Source of the DNA: a virus
DNA length: 36,619 nucleotides
Reading direction: 5' to 3' (one strand)
IMG/VR virus record: IMGVR_UViG_3300044769_000068
Span: 1 to 36,619 of that record
Below are positions 19,432 through 26,291 of the stretch, piece after piece. A model generated the notes under the pieces. It searched no databases. It had not been told where the DNA came from and saw nothing but the letters and a program-made list of their open reading frames with translations. The position numbers and the translations under genes are program-made. Numbering within the stretch: the stretch's first letter is position 1; each line of letters starts with the position of its first letter.

Positions 19432-19628
19432 TAGTCAATCGAGCCATCGCACTACGGTGAGGAAGCTCAGGACATCCCGGAGACCTGTGGGAGGCTAAAG
19501 CCGTCTAACCACTGATACGAAAGCGGGATGCAACGCAAACAGGTCTAGATAAGTCTCGTTCTAAGGACCGGGTTGCGGCCAATAGAGAAATGATGGCATA
19601 AAACAGAATCCTGGCTACTGATTGATTA
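19432..19628 (+). ncRNA. rnpB: Miniature RNase P RNA (type A-like catalytic domain, vestigial S domain)
   Basis: P1 TAGTCAATCG/TGATTGATTA; P2 GCCATC/GATGGC; P3 CAC-TACG-GTG; CR-I GAGGAAGCTCAGGA pairing with CR-V ACAGAATCCTGGCTA (P4); P5 CATCCCG/CGGGATG; P6 GAGAC/GTCTC; P15 with GGT; AGAGAAATGA CR-IV. Confidence 0.85.
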
Positions 19629-19631
19629 CAT

Positions 19632-19704
19632 GCCCTCTTAGTGAAACGGATAATCACGTTGCGCTTCGAACGCAAAGATAGGGGTTCGAATCCTCTAGAG
19701 GGTG
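19632..19704 (+). tRNA. tRNA-Arg(TCG)
   Basis: TTGCG-ctTCGaa-CGCAA. Confidence 0.9.
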
Positions 19705-19709
19705 CATAC

Positions 19710-19785
19710 GGTCGGATAGGATAAGTTGTCCAGTCTAGCAAGTACACCTAGATGGGAGCAGGCTAACGCTCTGCAATGACCACCA
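19710..19785 (+). ncRNA. tRNA-like RNA with 9-nt anticodon loop and encoded CCA
   Basis: GGTCG/TGACC-ACCA; GGATA/TGTCC; TCTAG-caagtacac-CTAGA; GCAGG-ctaacgc-TCTGC. Confidence 0.55.
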
Positions 19786-19788
19786 AAT

Positions 19789-19859
19789 GGGTTGTTCGTC
19801 TAATGGTAAGACAAGTGCCTCCAAAACACTTTATGTGGGTTCGATTCCTACACTTCCCG
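19789..19859 (+). tRNA. tRNA-Trp(CCA)
   Basis: ctCCAaa loop; two U-U mismatches in the acceptor stem. Confidence 0.85.
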
Positions 19860-19870
19860 CAGGAGATAAA

Positions 19871-20458
19871 ATGAGTATTAAAAGCTATTTCACCTGGGCT
19901 CCAAAGTTACCTAAGAAACCCGTGTATGATATGGATGAGGTGATGGAATCTTTTGAGTATCGTAAAGAGACTACATTTGAGAATCACTATTTGAATGTCT
20001 ATTACTGGTTTAAGAGAAACTTTGATTTTCTCTGGACACCAGCCATCGCAAAGGGCTACATAAAGCGCGCATGTCAGATTATCGTTCGTGGATGGAGCGA
20101 TAGAGATATCTGGTCATTAGATTGGACTATCGCTAAGTTTGCTCTACCTAGACTGATCAGACTCAAAGAAGTAATGCACGGTGTTCCCAACTCGATGTTT
20201 GAACCGCTTCCAGAAGGTGAGCATAATCATGATAAAGAGCAAATGGCGGCAGCCGAAAAGAAGTGGAACGAAACGCTTGATGAAATCATTTTTGCTATGG
20301 ACTATATTGCTAATTGTCGTGAGCACGATTATTACCCCAAGAAAAAATGGCCAGAAAAAACCGTTAGAGAAGACTACGTAGAGCTTAGAGCCGTAGAGGA
20401 AAGAGTTCAAAAAGGTTTAGCGTTGTTTGGAACCCACTTCAGAAGTTTGTGGGATTAA
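19871..20458 (+). CDS. Hypothetical phage protein
   Basis: SD AGGAG; start revised to lie downstream of tRNA-Trp. Confidence 0.8.
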   Translation: MSIKSYFTWAPKLPKKPVYDMDEVMESFEYRKETTFENHYLNVYYWFKRNFDFLWTPAIAKGYIKRACQIIVRGWSDRDIWSLDWTIAKFALPRLIRLKEVMHGVPNSMFEPLPEGEHNHDKEQMAAAEKKWNETLDEIIFAMDYIANCREHDYYPKKKWPEKTVREDYVELRAVEERVQKGLALFGTHFRSLWD

Positions 20459-20459
20459 T

Positions 20460-20533
20460 GCCTCGACTAACTCAAATGGTTAGAGTGCGAGTCTGAAAAG
20501 CTCGAAATTCCGGTTCGATTCCGGGGCGAGGCG
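20460..20533 (+). tRNA. tRNA-Phe(GAA)
   Basis: CGAGT-ctGAAaa-GCTCG. Confidence 0.88.
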
Positions 20534-20537
20534 CATT

Positions 20538-20608
20538 GCCGGCGTAGCTCAAAAGTAGAGCAATCGGCTGATAACCGATCGACGGAGGGGCAGTACCTCT
20601 CGACGGCA
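20538..20608 (+). tRNA. tRNA-Ile(GAT), T loop GGCAGTA
   Basis: ATCGG-ctGATaa-CCGAT. Confidence 0.85.
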
Positions 20609-20615
20609 CATTTGT

Positions 20616-20644
20616 TGTACAGCCGCTACAGCTTATGATATAAT
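20616..20644 (+). promoter_or_regulatory. Phage promoter
   Basis: TGTACA-N17-TATAAT. Confidence 0.8.
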
Positions 20645-20671
20645 GTATTCATAAATAATCGAGGTGAGTGC

Positions 20672-21037
20672 ATGTTAGAACTTTTATTCTTTCTAGTCTT
20701 TACGCACTTCGTAATGGATTTTTGCATGCAATCGGATTTTATGTCAAAGTATAAAGGCAAGCTTCCGTTTGTGATGTTTGTGCATGTATTTGTCTGGACG
20801 TTTGCGGTTTGTTGGATGGCAACTTATTTCGGAGCTTTGTCTTGGTGGGCTCCAATTTTCTTGTTTGTGGGACACTGGGCTTGCGATCAATATAAGATTC
20901 ATTTGATCGAAAAAGAAAACTTGAAGGATGAAGCTAATCCGGACGTGCTATCCAGATTAAAGTTCTTGTTTCATGCTGATCAAGTTTGGCATTTAGTTCA
21001 GCTTTTAATTGTAGCAACACTTGGGGTCTTAGTTTAA
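20672..21037 (+). CDS. DUF3307-like membrane protein
   Basis: HFVMDF..Q...K, H...H, HW..D, DQ.WH; hydrophobic segments. Confidence 0.7.
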   Translation: MLELLFFLVFTHFVMDFCMQSDFMSKYKGKLPFVMFVHVFVWTFAVCWMATYFGALSWWAPIFLFVGHWACDQYKIHLIEKENLKDEANPDVLSRLKFLFHADQVWHLVQLLIVATLGVLV

Positions 21038-21093
21038 TGGGAAAACTCTCGGCTTGCACCCGAATGATAAGGGTTCGATTCCCTTAGGCTCCA
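21023..21093 (+). tRNA. tRNA-Ala(TGC)
   Basis: G3:U70; ctTGCac loop. Confidence 0.88.
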
Positions 21094-21183
21094 CATGGGA
21101 GGGTGGCGAGACAGCACTCTCATTCGCCGGCCAGTCTGCAGCTCGGACCGGGATACGAATGCTTGAGCCACCCAACCAGCCAC

Positions 21184-21251
21184 ATTCTGTTAGTTTAATA
21201 AAACGCCTTCTCGTAGAGAAGGAGATGCTGGTAGATGGCCGGCACAGAATA
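21184..21251 (+). ncRNA. Degenerate tRNA-like RNA (GTA at anticodon position)
   Basis: ATTCTGT/ACAGAAT; GTTT-aata-AAAC; CCTTC-tcGTAga-GAAGG; GCTGG-tagatgg-CCGGC. Confidence 0.6.
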
Positions 21252-21323
21252 ATTTTAAACTCAAGGAGGATGTACACATGATAGAGAGTATCTAGTCTGG
21301 CTAGCCAGACATAGGAGGCTATC

Positions 21324-21455
21324 ATGGGTTACTATCCTCATCGAGATAGAACCGCCAAGAACTACGGGGAAATGGGATCCAACCCCAACCGCAAGCGTCG
21401 TGGCAAGAAACGCGGAATGAAGGCTGGCAAGCAGAAGAAAGCTCGTCGAGCCTAA
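21324..21455 (+). CDS. Small highly basic protein (43 aa; not in ORF track)
   Basis: SD AGGAGG; MGYYPHRDRTAKNYGEMGSNPNRKRRGKKRGMKAGKQKKARRA. Confidence 0.7.
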   Translation: MGYYPHRDRTAKNYGEMGSNPNRKRRGKKRGMKAGKQKKARRA

Positions 21456-21536
21456 CAAAAATTTGTCAAAGGCTCAGGACGCTGAGAAATGGGCAAATAG
21501 TGTGGAGTCCCAGGCACTATAAATACTGGGTCATTT

Positions 21537-21608
21537 GGGGCTATAGCTCAGAGGGAGAGCGTTCCGGTGGCATCGGAAAGGCCAAGGGTTCAATCCCCTT
21601 TAGCTCCA
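21537..21608 (+). tRNA. tRNA-Ala(GGC)
   Basis: G3:U70; TTCCG-gtGGCat-CGGAA. Confidence 0.9.
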
Positions 21609-21609
21609 C

Positions 21610-21691
21610 ATTCGGTTCGTCTAATTTAAGGACGCTCTCTACTTTCTGGAAACAGGGGAGGGAAACGCTGGTAAAACAGCACCGAATACCA
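21610..21691 (+). ncRNA. Anticodon-less tRNA-like RNA with encoded CCA
   Basis: ATTCGGT/ACCGAAT-ACCA; D arm; long arm capped by CTG-GAAA-CAG; GCTG-gtaaaa-CAGC. Confidence 0.65.
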
Positions 21692-21694
21692 TAT

Positions 21695-21765
21695 TCCCTT
21701 ATCCTTCAACGGCAGGAGAGGTGACTGTTAATCACTCAATCGAGGTTCGAATCCTCGTAGGGGAG
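21695..21765 (+). tRNA. tRNA-Asn(GTT)
   Basis: GGTGA-ctGTTaa-TCACT. Confidence 0.9.
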
Positions 21766-21787
21766 CATTTCAACAAGGAGGTCTTAT

Positions 21788-22042
21788 ATGCAATGCACAA
21801 ATTGTCATGCTGATATTGGTGCTTGGCTGTTGAAATATAGAGTTATGCCCAAAGTTCGGCTTGATGAAATGTACTTTAAAGAAGAAAAGCTTGTTGCAAA
21901 AATGGACGAATCTGGCATTTATATTGACGGCCAGAAGTTTTACGAACACGAATCTAAAAGATGCCACGAACGATGCCCAAAATGTGGCGCAAAAAATACT
22001 GTAAGAGTAGAGTACGACGAAGTTACTTGGGCGCCCATCTAA
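21788..22042 (+). CDS. Hypothetical Zn-ribbon protein
   Basis: SD AGGAGG; CTNC...CPKC. Confidence 0.7.
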   Translation: MQCTNCHADIGAWLLKYRVMPKVRLDEMYFKEEKLVAKMDESGIYIDGQKFYEHESKRCHERCPKCGAKNTVRVEYDEVTWAPI

Positions 22043-22043
22043 T

Positions 22044-22115
22044 GCGGGTGTAATTCATCGGTAGAATACCTGGTTGCCAACCAGAATGCGGTGGGTTCGA
22101 TTCCCATCACCCGCT
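22044..22115 (+). tRNA. tRNA-Gly(GCC)
   Basis: ttGCCaa loop, U73. Confidence 0.9.
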
Positions 22116-22186
22116 CAATACAATCCCGGGCTTGATATGTAATCAGCCGGCGTCGCGCTGACAAGAATCAAGGTAGTCAGAAGCAA

Positions 22187-22257
22187 GGTTCCTTATGTTA
22201 ATGGTAGACGGTCTCCGTGACATGGAGAAGACAGAAGTTCGATTCTTCTAGGAACCA
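22187..22257 (+). tRNA. tRNA-Val(GAC)
   Basis: TCTCC-gtGACat-GGAGA. Confidence 0.88.
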
Positions 22258-22260
22258 ATT

Positions 22261-22333
22261 GGCCTTGTAGACCAACGGCAGAGTCAACAGTCTGAGAGGC
22301 TGTGCAGTGTGGGTTCGAATCCCACTAGGGCCA
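22261..22333 (+). tRNA. tRNA-Leu(GAG), short variable loop
   Basis: ACAGT-ctGAGag-GCTGT. Confidence 0.88.
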
Positions 22334-22334
22334 C

Positions 22335-22586
22335 ATGCAGAAATCAGAGAACAAAATAAAGCCGATGTACTTTTGGTCAGATGGCTATAAAGAATTCGGC
22401 ATACTAGAACCCGATCACAAGAAAATAAAAGAAGATGAATTAGTAGATGCTAACGAAGAGGAAAGCGAATTTATTTTTGAACCAACAATAAAAATCTCCA
22501 ATAGACAGACTAAGCGAAGGAAACTCAGAAATTTTCTTAAAAGTGAAGTACAAAAAGCGCTTCGGTACGCAAGATTTTATCGCTAA
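22335..22586 (+). CDS. Hypothetical protein
   Basis: ORF between tRNAs. Confidence 0.5.
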   Translation: MQKSENKIKPMYFWSDGYKEFGILEPDHKKIKEDELVDANEEESEFIFEPTIKISNRQTKRRKLRNFLKSEVQKALRYARFYR

Positions 22587-22599
22587 AAGGAGGTCGCGC

Positions 22600-22821
22600 A
22601 TGAGATTCAAAAAGACAACCTGGTACAACATGAAGACCGACAGTGCGAATTATGGCATCAAGATTAAGTATGCAAATCTCAAGTTCTTGGACGTAGCTGA
22701 AAACGGAAAGCCTCTCATTTTTGAAACAGAACTAGAACGGGATGAAAAAATTAAGCAGATAAAGAGAGACAGCAAAGCAAAAGACTTTGAATCAAGAATG
22801 AAGTTTGTCAGAGCGATATAG
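22600..22821 (+). CDS. Hypothetical protein
   Basis: SD AGGAGG before MRFKK. Confidence 0.65.
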   Translation: MRFKKTTWYNMKTDSANYGIKIKYANLKFLDVAENGKPLIFETELERDEKIKQIKRDSKAKDFESRMKFVRAI

Positions 22822-22824
22822 AAC

Positions 22825-22897
22825 GGCCTCGTACCCCAACGGCAGAGGGAACACGTTTAGACCGTGTACAGTGTCGGTTCGAATCCGACCGGGGCTA
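22825..22897 (+). tRNA. tRNA-Leu(TAG), short variable loop
   Basis: ACACG-ttTAGac-CGTGT. Confidence 0.88.
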
Positions 22898-22904
22898 ATG
22901 ATTT

Positions 22905-22981
22905 GCCCGCTTAGGTTAAAACAAGCAAACCGGCGGTTTTGTACATCGCTAATACCGCTGCAAACGCGGTAGCGGGCTCCA
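22905..22981 (+). tRNA. Atypical tRNA-Thr(TGT) with encoded CCA
   Basis: GCCCGCT/AGCGGGC-TCCA; GCGGT-ttTGTac-ATCGC; T loop TGCAAAC; D loop lacks GG. Confidence 0.7.
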
Positions 22982-22987
22982 GCAAAC

Positions 22988-23058
22988 GCACTCATAGTTC
23001 AATGGCAGAACAACTGTTTCGTAAGCAGTAGATCTCGATCCGATTCCGAGTGGGTGCT
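22988..23058 (+). tRNA. tRNA-Thr(CGT)
   Basis: ACTGT-ttCGTaa-GCAGT; T loop TCCGATT. Confidence 0.82.
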
Positions 23059-23156
23059 CATGAAAAAGAATAAACAAAATAAACAGCGGATGTTTTATTG
23101 GCAAGTTTCTAAGAAGAATGGTAAAATCTTTATATGCAAGCTTATAGAGATTAAAC

Positions 23157-23837
23157 ATGAAGAATAGAACAGAAGTAAAGTATGTGATTAAGCTTTATGA
23201 AGCGCAATGGGACAGACACCATAACGAATCGGTCAAGCCATTTTTTGAGCAGCTTCAGAGAGAATGTTTTGACGATGGTGATGGCCACGATCCGCTATTT
23301 TCATATTACGTATTCCAGACGGCAGAAGGAATCGAGGCAGCGCTTAATTACAAGCTCGACGTTGGATTAGATGGCCGGCTAAAGATAGGGTATTTTGGAG
23401 TGCACGGTCAGACAGACCAGATTCAAGCGCTTAAGCCCATCAATAGGATGAAGCTTAGAAATATTTTAATTAAGACGACCAACTTCGACGGGCTGTATTT
23501 CGGTACGTGCGACTTTGCTAATAGAAAAACAGCAGAACTATTGCTGAATAACATATCCACACTCAAGTGGGTCGCTGGCTTTTCTAAGTGGACGCCGTGG
23601 TTGGAAGGTACGATTTGTGATATACTGTTCTTTAGGCTGTTGTTGTCAGGTCGTTTCAGAAGGCCGTCCCATACAAACACCAAGTGGGACATAATGACTA
23701 AGCCAGAGGACGCTGCTAGACACTTGTATGAAATTTATCCAATGGCTGTTGATTTAAAGTTCTCGCTGTTTTATAGAGGGTCTAGCGGCATTAATTCAAC
23801 GTATGATGACTGGACAAATAGGATAATGGCATTATGA
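23157..23837 (+). CDS. Hypothetical protein, possible caspase/CHAT-like fold (DUF6642-like)
   Basis: YFGVHG...LYFGTC...VAGFSK..W: His-Gly and Cys spacing. Confidence 0.5.
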   Translation: MKNRTEVKYVIKLYEAQWDRHHNESVKPFFEQLQRECFDDGDGHDPLFSYYVFQTAEGIEAALNYKLDVGLDGRLKIGYFGVHGQTDQIQALKPINRMKLRNILIKTTNFDGLYFGTCDFANRKTAELLLNNISTLKWVAGFSKWTPWLEGTICDILFFRLLLSGRFRRPSHTNTKWDIMTKPEDAARHLYEIYPMAVDLKFSLFYRGSSGINSTYDDWTNRIMAL

Positions 23838-24070
23838 TAAAATACCTCGTAATCTTTTTTGCATTAGTTCTTACCGACATTGTATGGGCTCTCTACATTA
23901 GATGGGCTGCAAGTGGTAAAGCAATGAAAGCGGGACTTTCGTCTATTCTCATTTATGTCATAGGCGCTTTTACATTCGGTGAGTTCATTAAAGATACGTG
24001 GGTTTTGATTCCTGCCGGATTAGGCTGTTTTGTGGGAACTTACGCAACGATAAAATGGCTAGACAAGTAG
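23834..24070 (+). CDS. Small membrane protein
   Basis: Three hydrophobic segments. Confidence 0.7.
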   Translation: MIKYLVIFFALVLTDIVWALYIRWAASGKAMKAGLSSILIYVIGAFTFGEFIKDTWVLIPAGLGCFVGTYATIKWLDK

Positions 24071-24141
24071 GGTCGTGTAGCTCAATAGTAGAGCAGTCGC
24101 CTTATAAGCGACCGACGAAGGGGCAGAACCTTCTACGACCA
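24071..24141 (+). tRNA. tRNA-Ile(TAT), T loop GGCAGAA
   Basis: GTCGC-ctTATaa-GCGAC. Confidence 0.82.
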
Positions 24142-24159
24142 ATCGACAAGAGGTGAAAA

Positions 24160-24849
24160 ATGTGTAAGCCAGGACATTTATGGATAAACGATCTCAAAAT
24201 TGATACGATAATAGATGTCGGCGCCAATGTTGGTGACTTTTCAAAAGAAATGCGGAAATATAGACCAGAGGCTCTTATCTATGCCTTTGAGCCCTTGCCA
24301 TATGAATACGACGCACTAATTACAGCTTTCAAATACGATAAGCGGTTCAAATCCTTTAATTTAGCTTTATCGGATAAGGAAGCAGTCGTTCCGTTTAACG
24401 TAACAAGTTTTGGCCCTGCAAGTTCTATATTGCAGATGAACGACACTCTAATCGATTATATTAATAATGGGTTTAAGACGAACGTAACTGCATCGCCAAT
24501 TCTTGTTCAAGCAGTTACATTGGACTCAATTTTTGCCGATAGCATTTTGGGTCCATCCCTTTTAGTAAAGATAGACACTCAGGGATTTGAAGACAAAGTA
24601 ATAAAAGGTGGCGAGAAAACTATTCGTAGAGCAAAAGTGTGCTTTCTTGAAACAGAGTTTCAGCCGCTATACAAAGGACAAGCTTTATTTATAGACATAT
24701 TGAATCAAATGGACGCGCTTGGCTTTACTTATTTTGGCGATAAGGATTACGTTTCATATCACCTGACTAATGGTACGGCGCTTTGGCAAGATAGTATTTT
24801 CGTGAACAAAAGTCTCTTGAAGGACGGTGTTTATCAAGGGCTCTCGTAG
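24160..24849 (+). CDS. FkbM-family SAM-dependent methyltransferase
   Basis: IIDVGANVG, YAFEP, ALSD, TLD, KIDTQGFE..VIKGG. Confidence 0.9.
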   Translation: MCKPGHLWINDLKIDTIIDVGANVGDFSKEMRKYRPEALIYAFEPLPYEYDALITAFKYDKRFKSFNLALSDKEAVVPFNVTSFGPASSILQMNDTLIDYINNGFKTNVTASPILVQAVTLDSIFADSILGPSLLVKIDTQGFEDKVIKGGEKTIRRAKVCFLETEFQPLYKGQALFIDILNQMDALGFTYFGDKDYVSYHLTNGTALWQDSIFVNKSLLKDGVYQGLS

Positions 24850-24912
24850 GCCAACGGCAGAGTCAGCAGGCTTAAACCCTGTACAGTGTCAGTTCGAATC
24901 TGACCGGGAGCA
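24840..24912 (+). tRNA. tRNA-Leu(TAA), short variable loop
   Basis: GCAGG-ctTAAac-CCTGT. Confidence 0.88.
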
Positions 24913-24915
24913 CAT

Positions 24916-24987
<72 letters not shown>

Positions 24988-24995
24988 CATTTTGA

Positions 24996-25024
24996 TGTAC
25001 AATCAAATGCATTTGTGGTATAGT
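24996..25024 (+). promoter_or_regulatory. Phage promoter
   Basis: TGTACA-N17-TATAGT. Confidence 0.75.
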
Positions 25025-25080
25025 AGTTATATCAATTGAAAGGAGCCAAAATCCAACGATGGGAAGGAAGACCCACCGCG

Positions 25081-25596
25081 ATGAAAAAGATATTAATAAT
25101 CACGATTATAGCATGTACGGCTTTGTTCGCATCCATGTTTACAAGACCGGATCAGAGATTGTTGCTTACGCTGGATTCGGTGAATCACCCGGATGTGATA
25201 CAAGTAGAAAAGATGATAGACAAGACGGGAGCAGATGTCCCGGCAGTTACAAAAAAGAAAGTGGCCCTTGCTATAGCAGAACATGCTAAATACTATGGAA
25301 TAAAACCAAAGAATTTAGTTGCTATAGCATTTGTTGAGTCAAAATTTCAACCAACCCTTATCAATAGTACAGGCGACCATGGATTGATGCAGATCAATTG
25401 GCCGACTTGGAAGAACAGATTCACAAGAGATCCAAAAGATCTTCTTAACGTCTACAAGAATGTAGAAGTTGCATGCAAAATTATCAATATAAACAAAAGC
25501 ATGGGACAGACTGACTTGGCCGATTATCATTCTTTTAATGATGAACCAAAAGCCATTTATCAGGCTAAATTAAGAGAAGTTCTGAGGAGGCTCTAA
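25081..25596 (+). CDS. Lytic transglycosylase (SLT domain) with N-terminal signal/anchor
   Basis: AIAFVESKF, GLMQIN, NV..AC.I motifs. Confidence 0.85.
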   Translation: MKKILIITIIACTALFASMFTRPDQRLLLTLDSVNHPDVIQVEKMIDKTGADVPAVTKKKVALAIAEHAKYYGIKPKNLVAIAFVESKFQPTLINSTGDHGLMQINWPTWKNRFTRDPKDLLNVYKNVEVACKIININKSMGQTDLADYHSFNDEPKAIYQAKLREVLRRL

Positions 25597-25934
25597 TGTC
25601 TAATACGCTCGACGCTGTAAAGGCAACACTGACGAGAGAGAGAACTGCGCTAGACAAAGAATTGAAGCAGCCTTGGTACGACACATTTGTTTGTGGTGCG
25701 CTTGTCTGCGGGATTGCCGTGGCCATCGTAATCATGTTTTTAGACACGAAGAAATACGCTATTCAAGAGAGAATGACGAGAATGCATATAGAAGCTGTAA
25801 CAGCTACAGATAAAAATTGTAATGATTGTCATTTGGGCGCTTCTTTTGTTAATTTATTCAACCACCCAATGGTGAAAGCTGATGATAATGTCATTACTCT
25901 CATGATGGATAAGGCTAAGATAAAGCGATGGTAA
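25596..25934 (+). CDS. Membrane protein with CxxCH motif
   Basis: TM helix then CNDCH. Confidence 0.6.
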   Translation: MSNTLDAVKATLTRERTALDKELKQPWYDTFVCGALVCGIAVAIVIMFLDTKKYAIQERMTRMHIEAVTATDKNCNDCHLGASFVNLFNHPMVKADDNVITLMMDKAKIKRW

Positions 25935-26052
25935 AAGAATACAAAGAAAAAGAATTTTTTAATTGCGAGTTTTGCCGTTGCAGAACTAATGCAAATCTTC
26001 GTAGATGCTGTGAATTGGGCTACGAGGCTGATTTAAGAAAGAGTAAGAAATT

Positions 26053-26140
26053 AGCGGGTGAATCGGCGGATGTGCAGATACCAGCCTCATAAGCTGGGAG
26101 ACAAAATCTCTAGCCTGTTTAACTCAGGTACCCGCTACCA
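26053..26140 (+). tRNA. CAT-anticodon tRNA with long variable arm and encoded CCA
   Basis: AGCGGGT/ACCCGCT-ACCA; CCAGC-ctCATaa-GCTGG; V arm GAGA-caaaa-TCTC; T loop TTTAACT. Confidence 0.7.
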
Positions 26141-26214
26141 ATAAGCAGTTTCCCTTGCTAAGTGCCGGGGAGTAAAACGAGAGGGTGATAACGCTCCTCT
26201 TGTTCCTGCACAAC

Positions 26215-26286
26215 GGCTTACGAATAAGTATTCAGCTGCGGCTCATAACTGCGGCCTACTCGGGGCGGTACCGAGGTAAGCCACCA
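26215..26286 (+). tRNA. CAT-anticodon tRNA with tRNA-Pyl-like compact architecture
   Basis: GGCTTAC|GAAT-aagt-ATTC|a|GCTGCGG-ctCATaa-CTGCGGC|cta|CTCGG-ggcggta-CCGAG|GTAAGCC-ACCA. Confidence 0.7.
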
Positions 26287-26291
26287 CAAAT

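Noticed and set aside
21023-21608. tmRNA (Ala-type ends, basic ORF ending in A, pseudoknot)
   Set aside because: Both GGGG-starting elements are complete tRNA-Ala genes with anticodon arms, and the ORF has its own SD and ATG.
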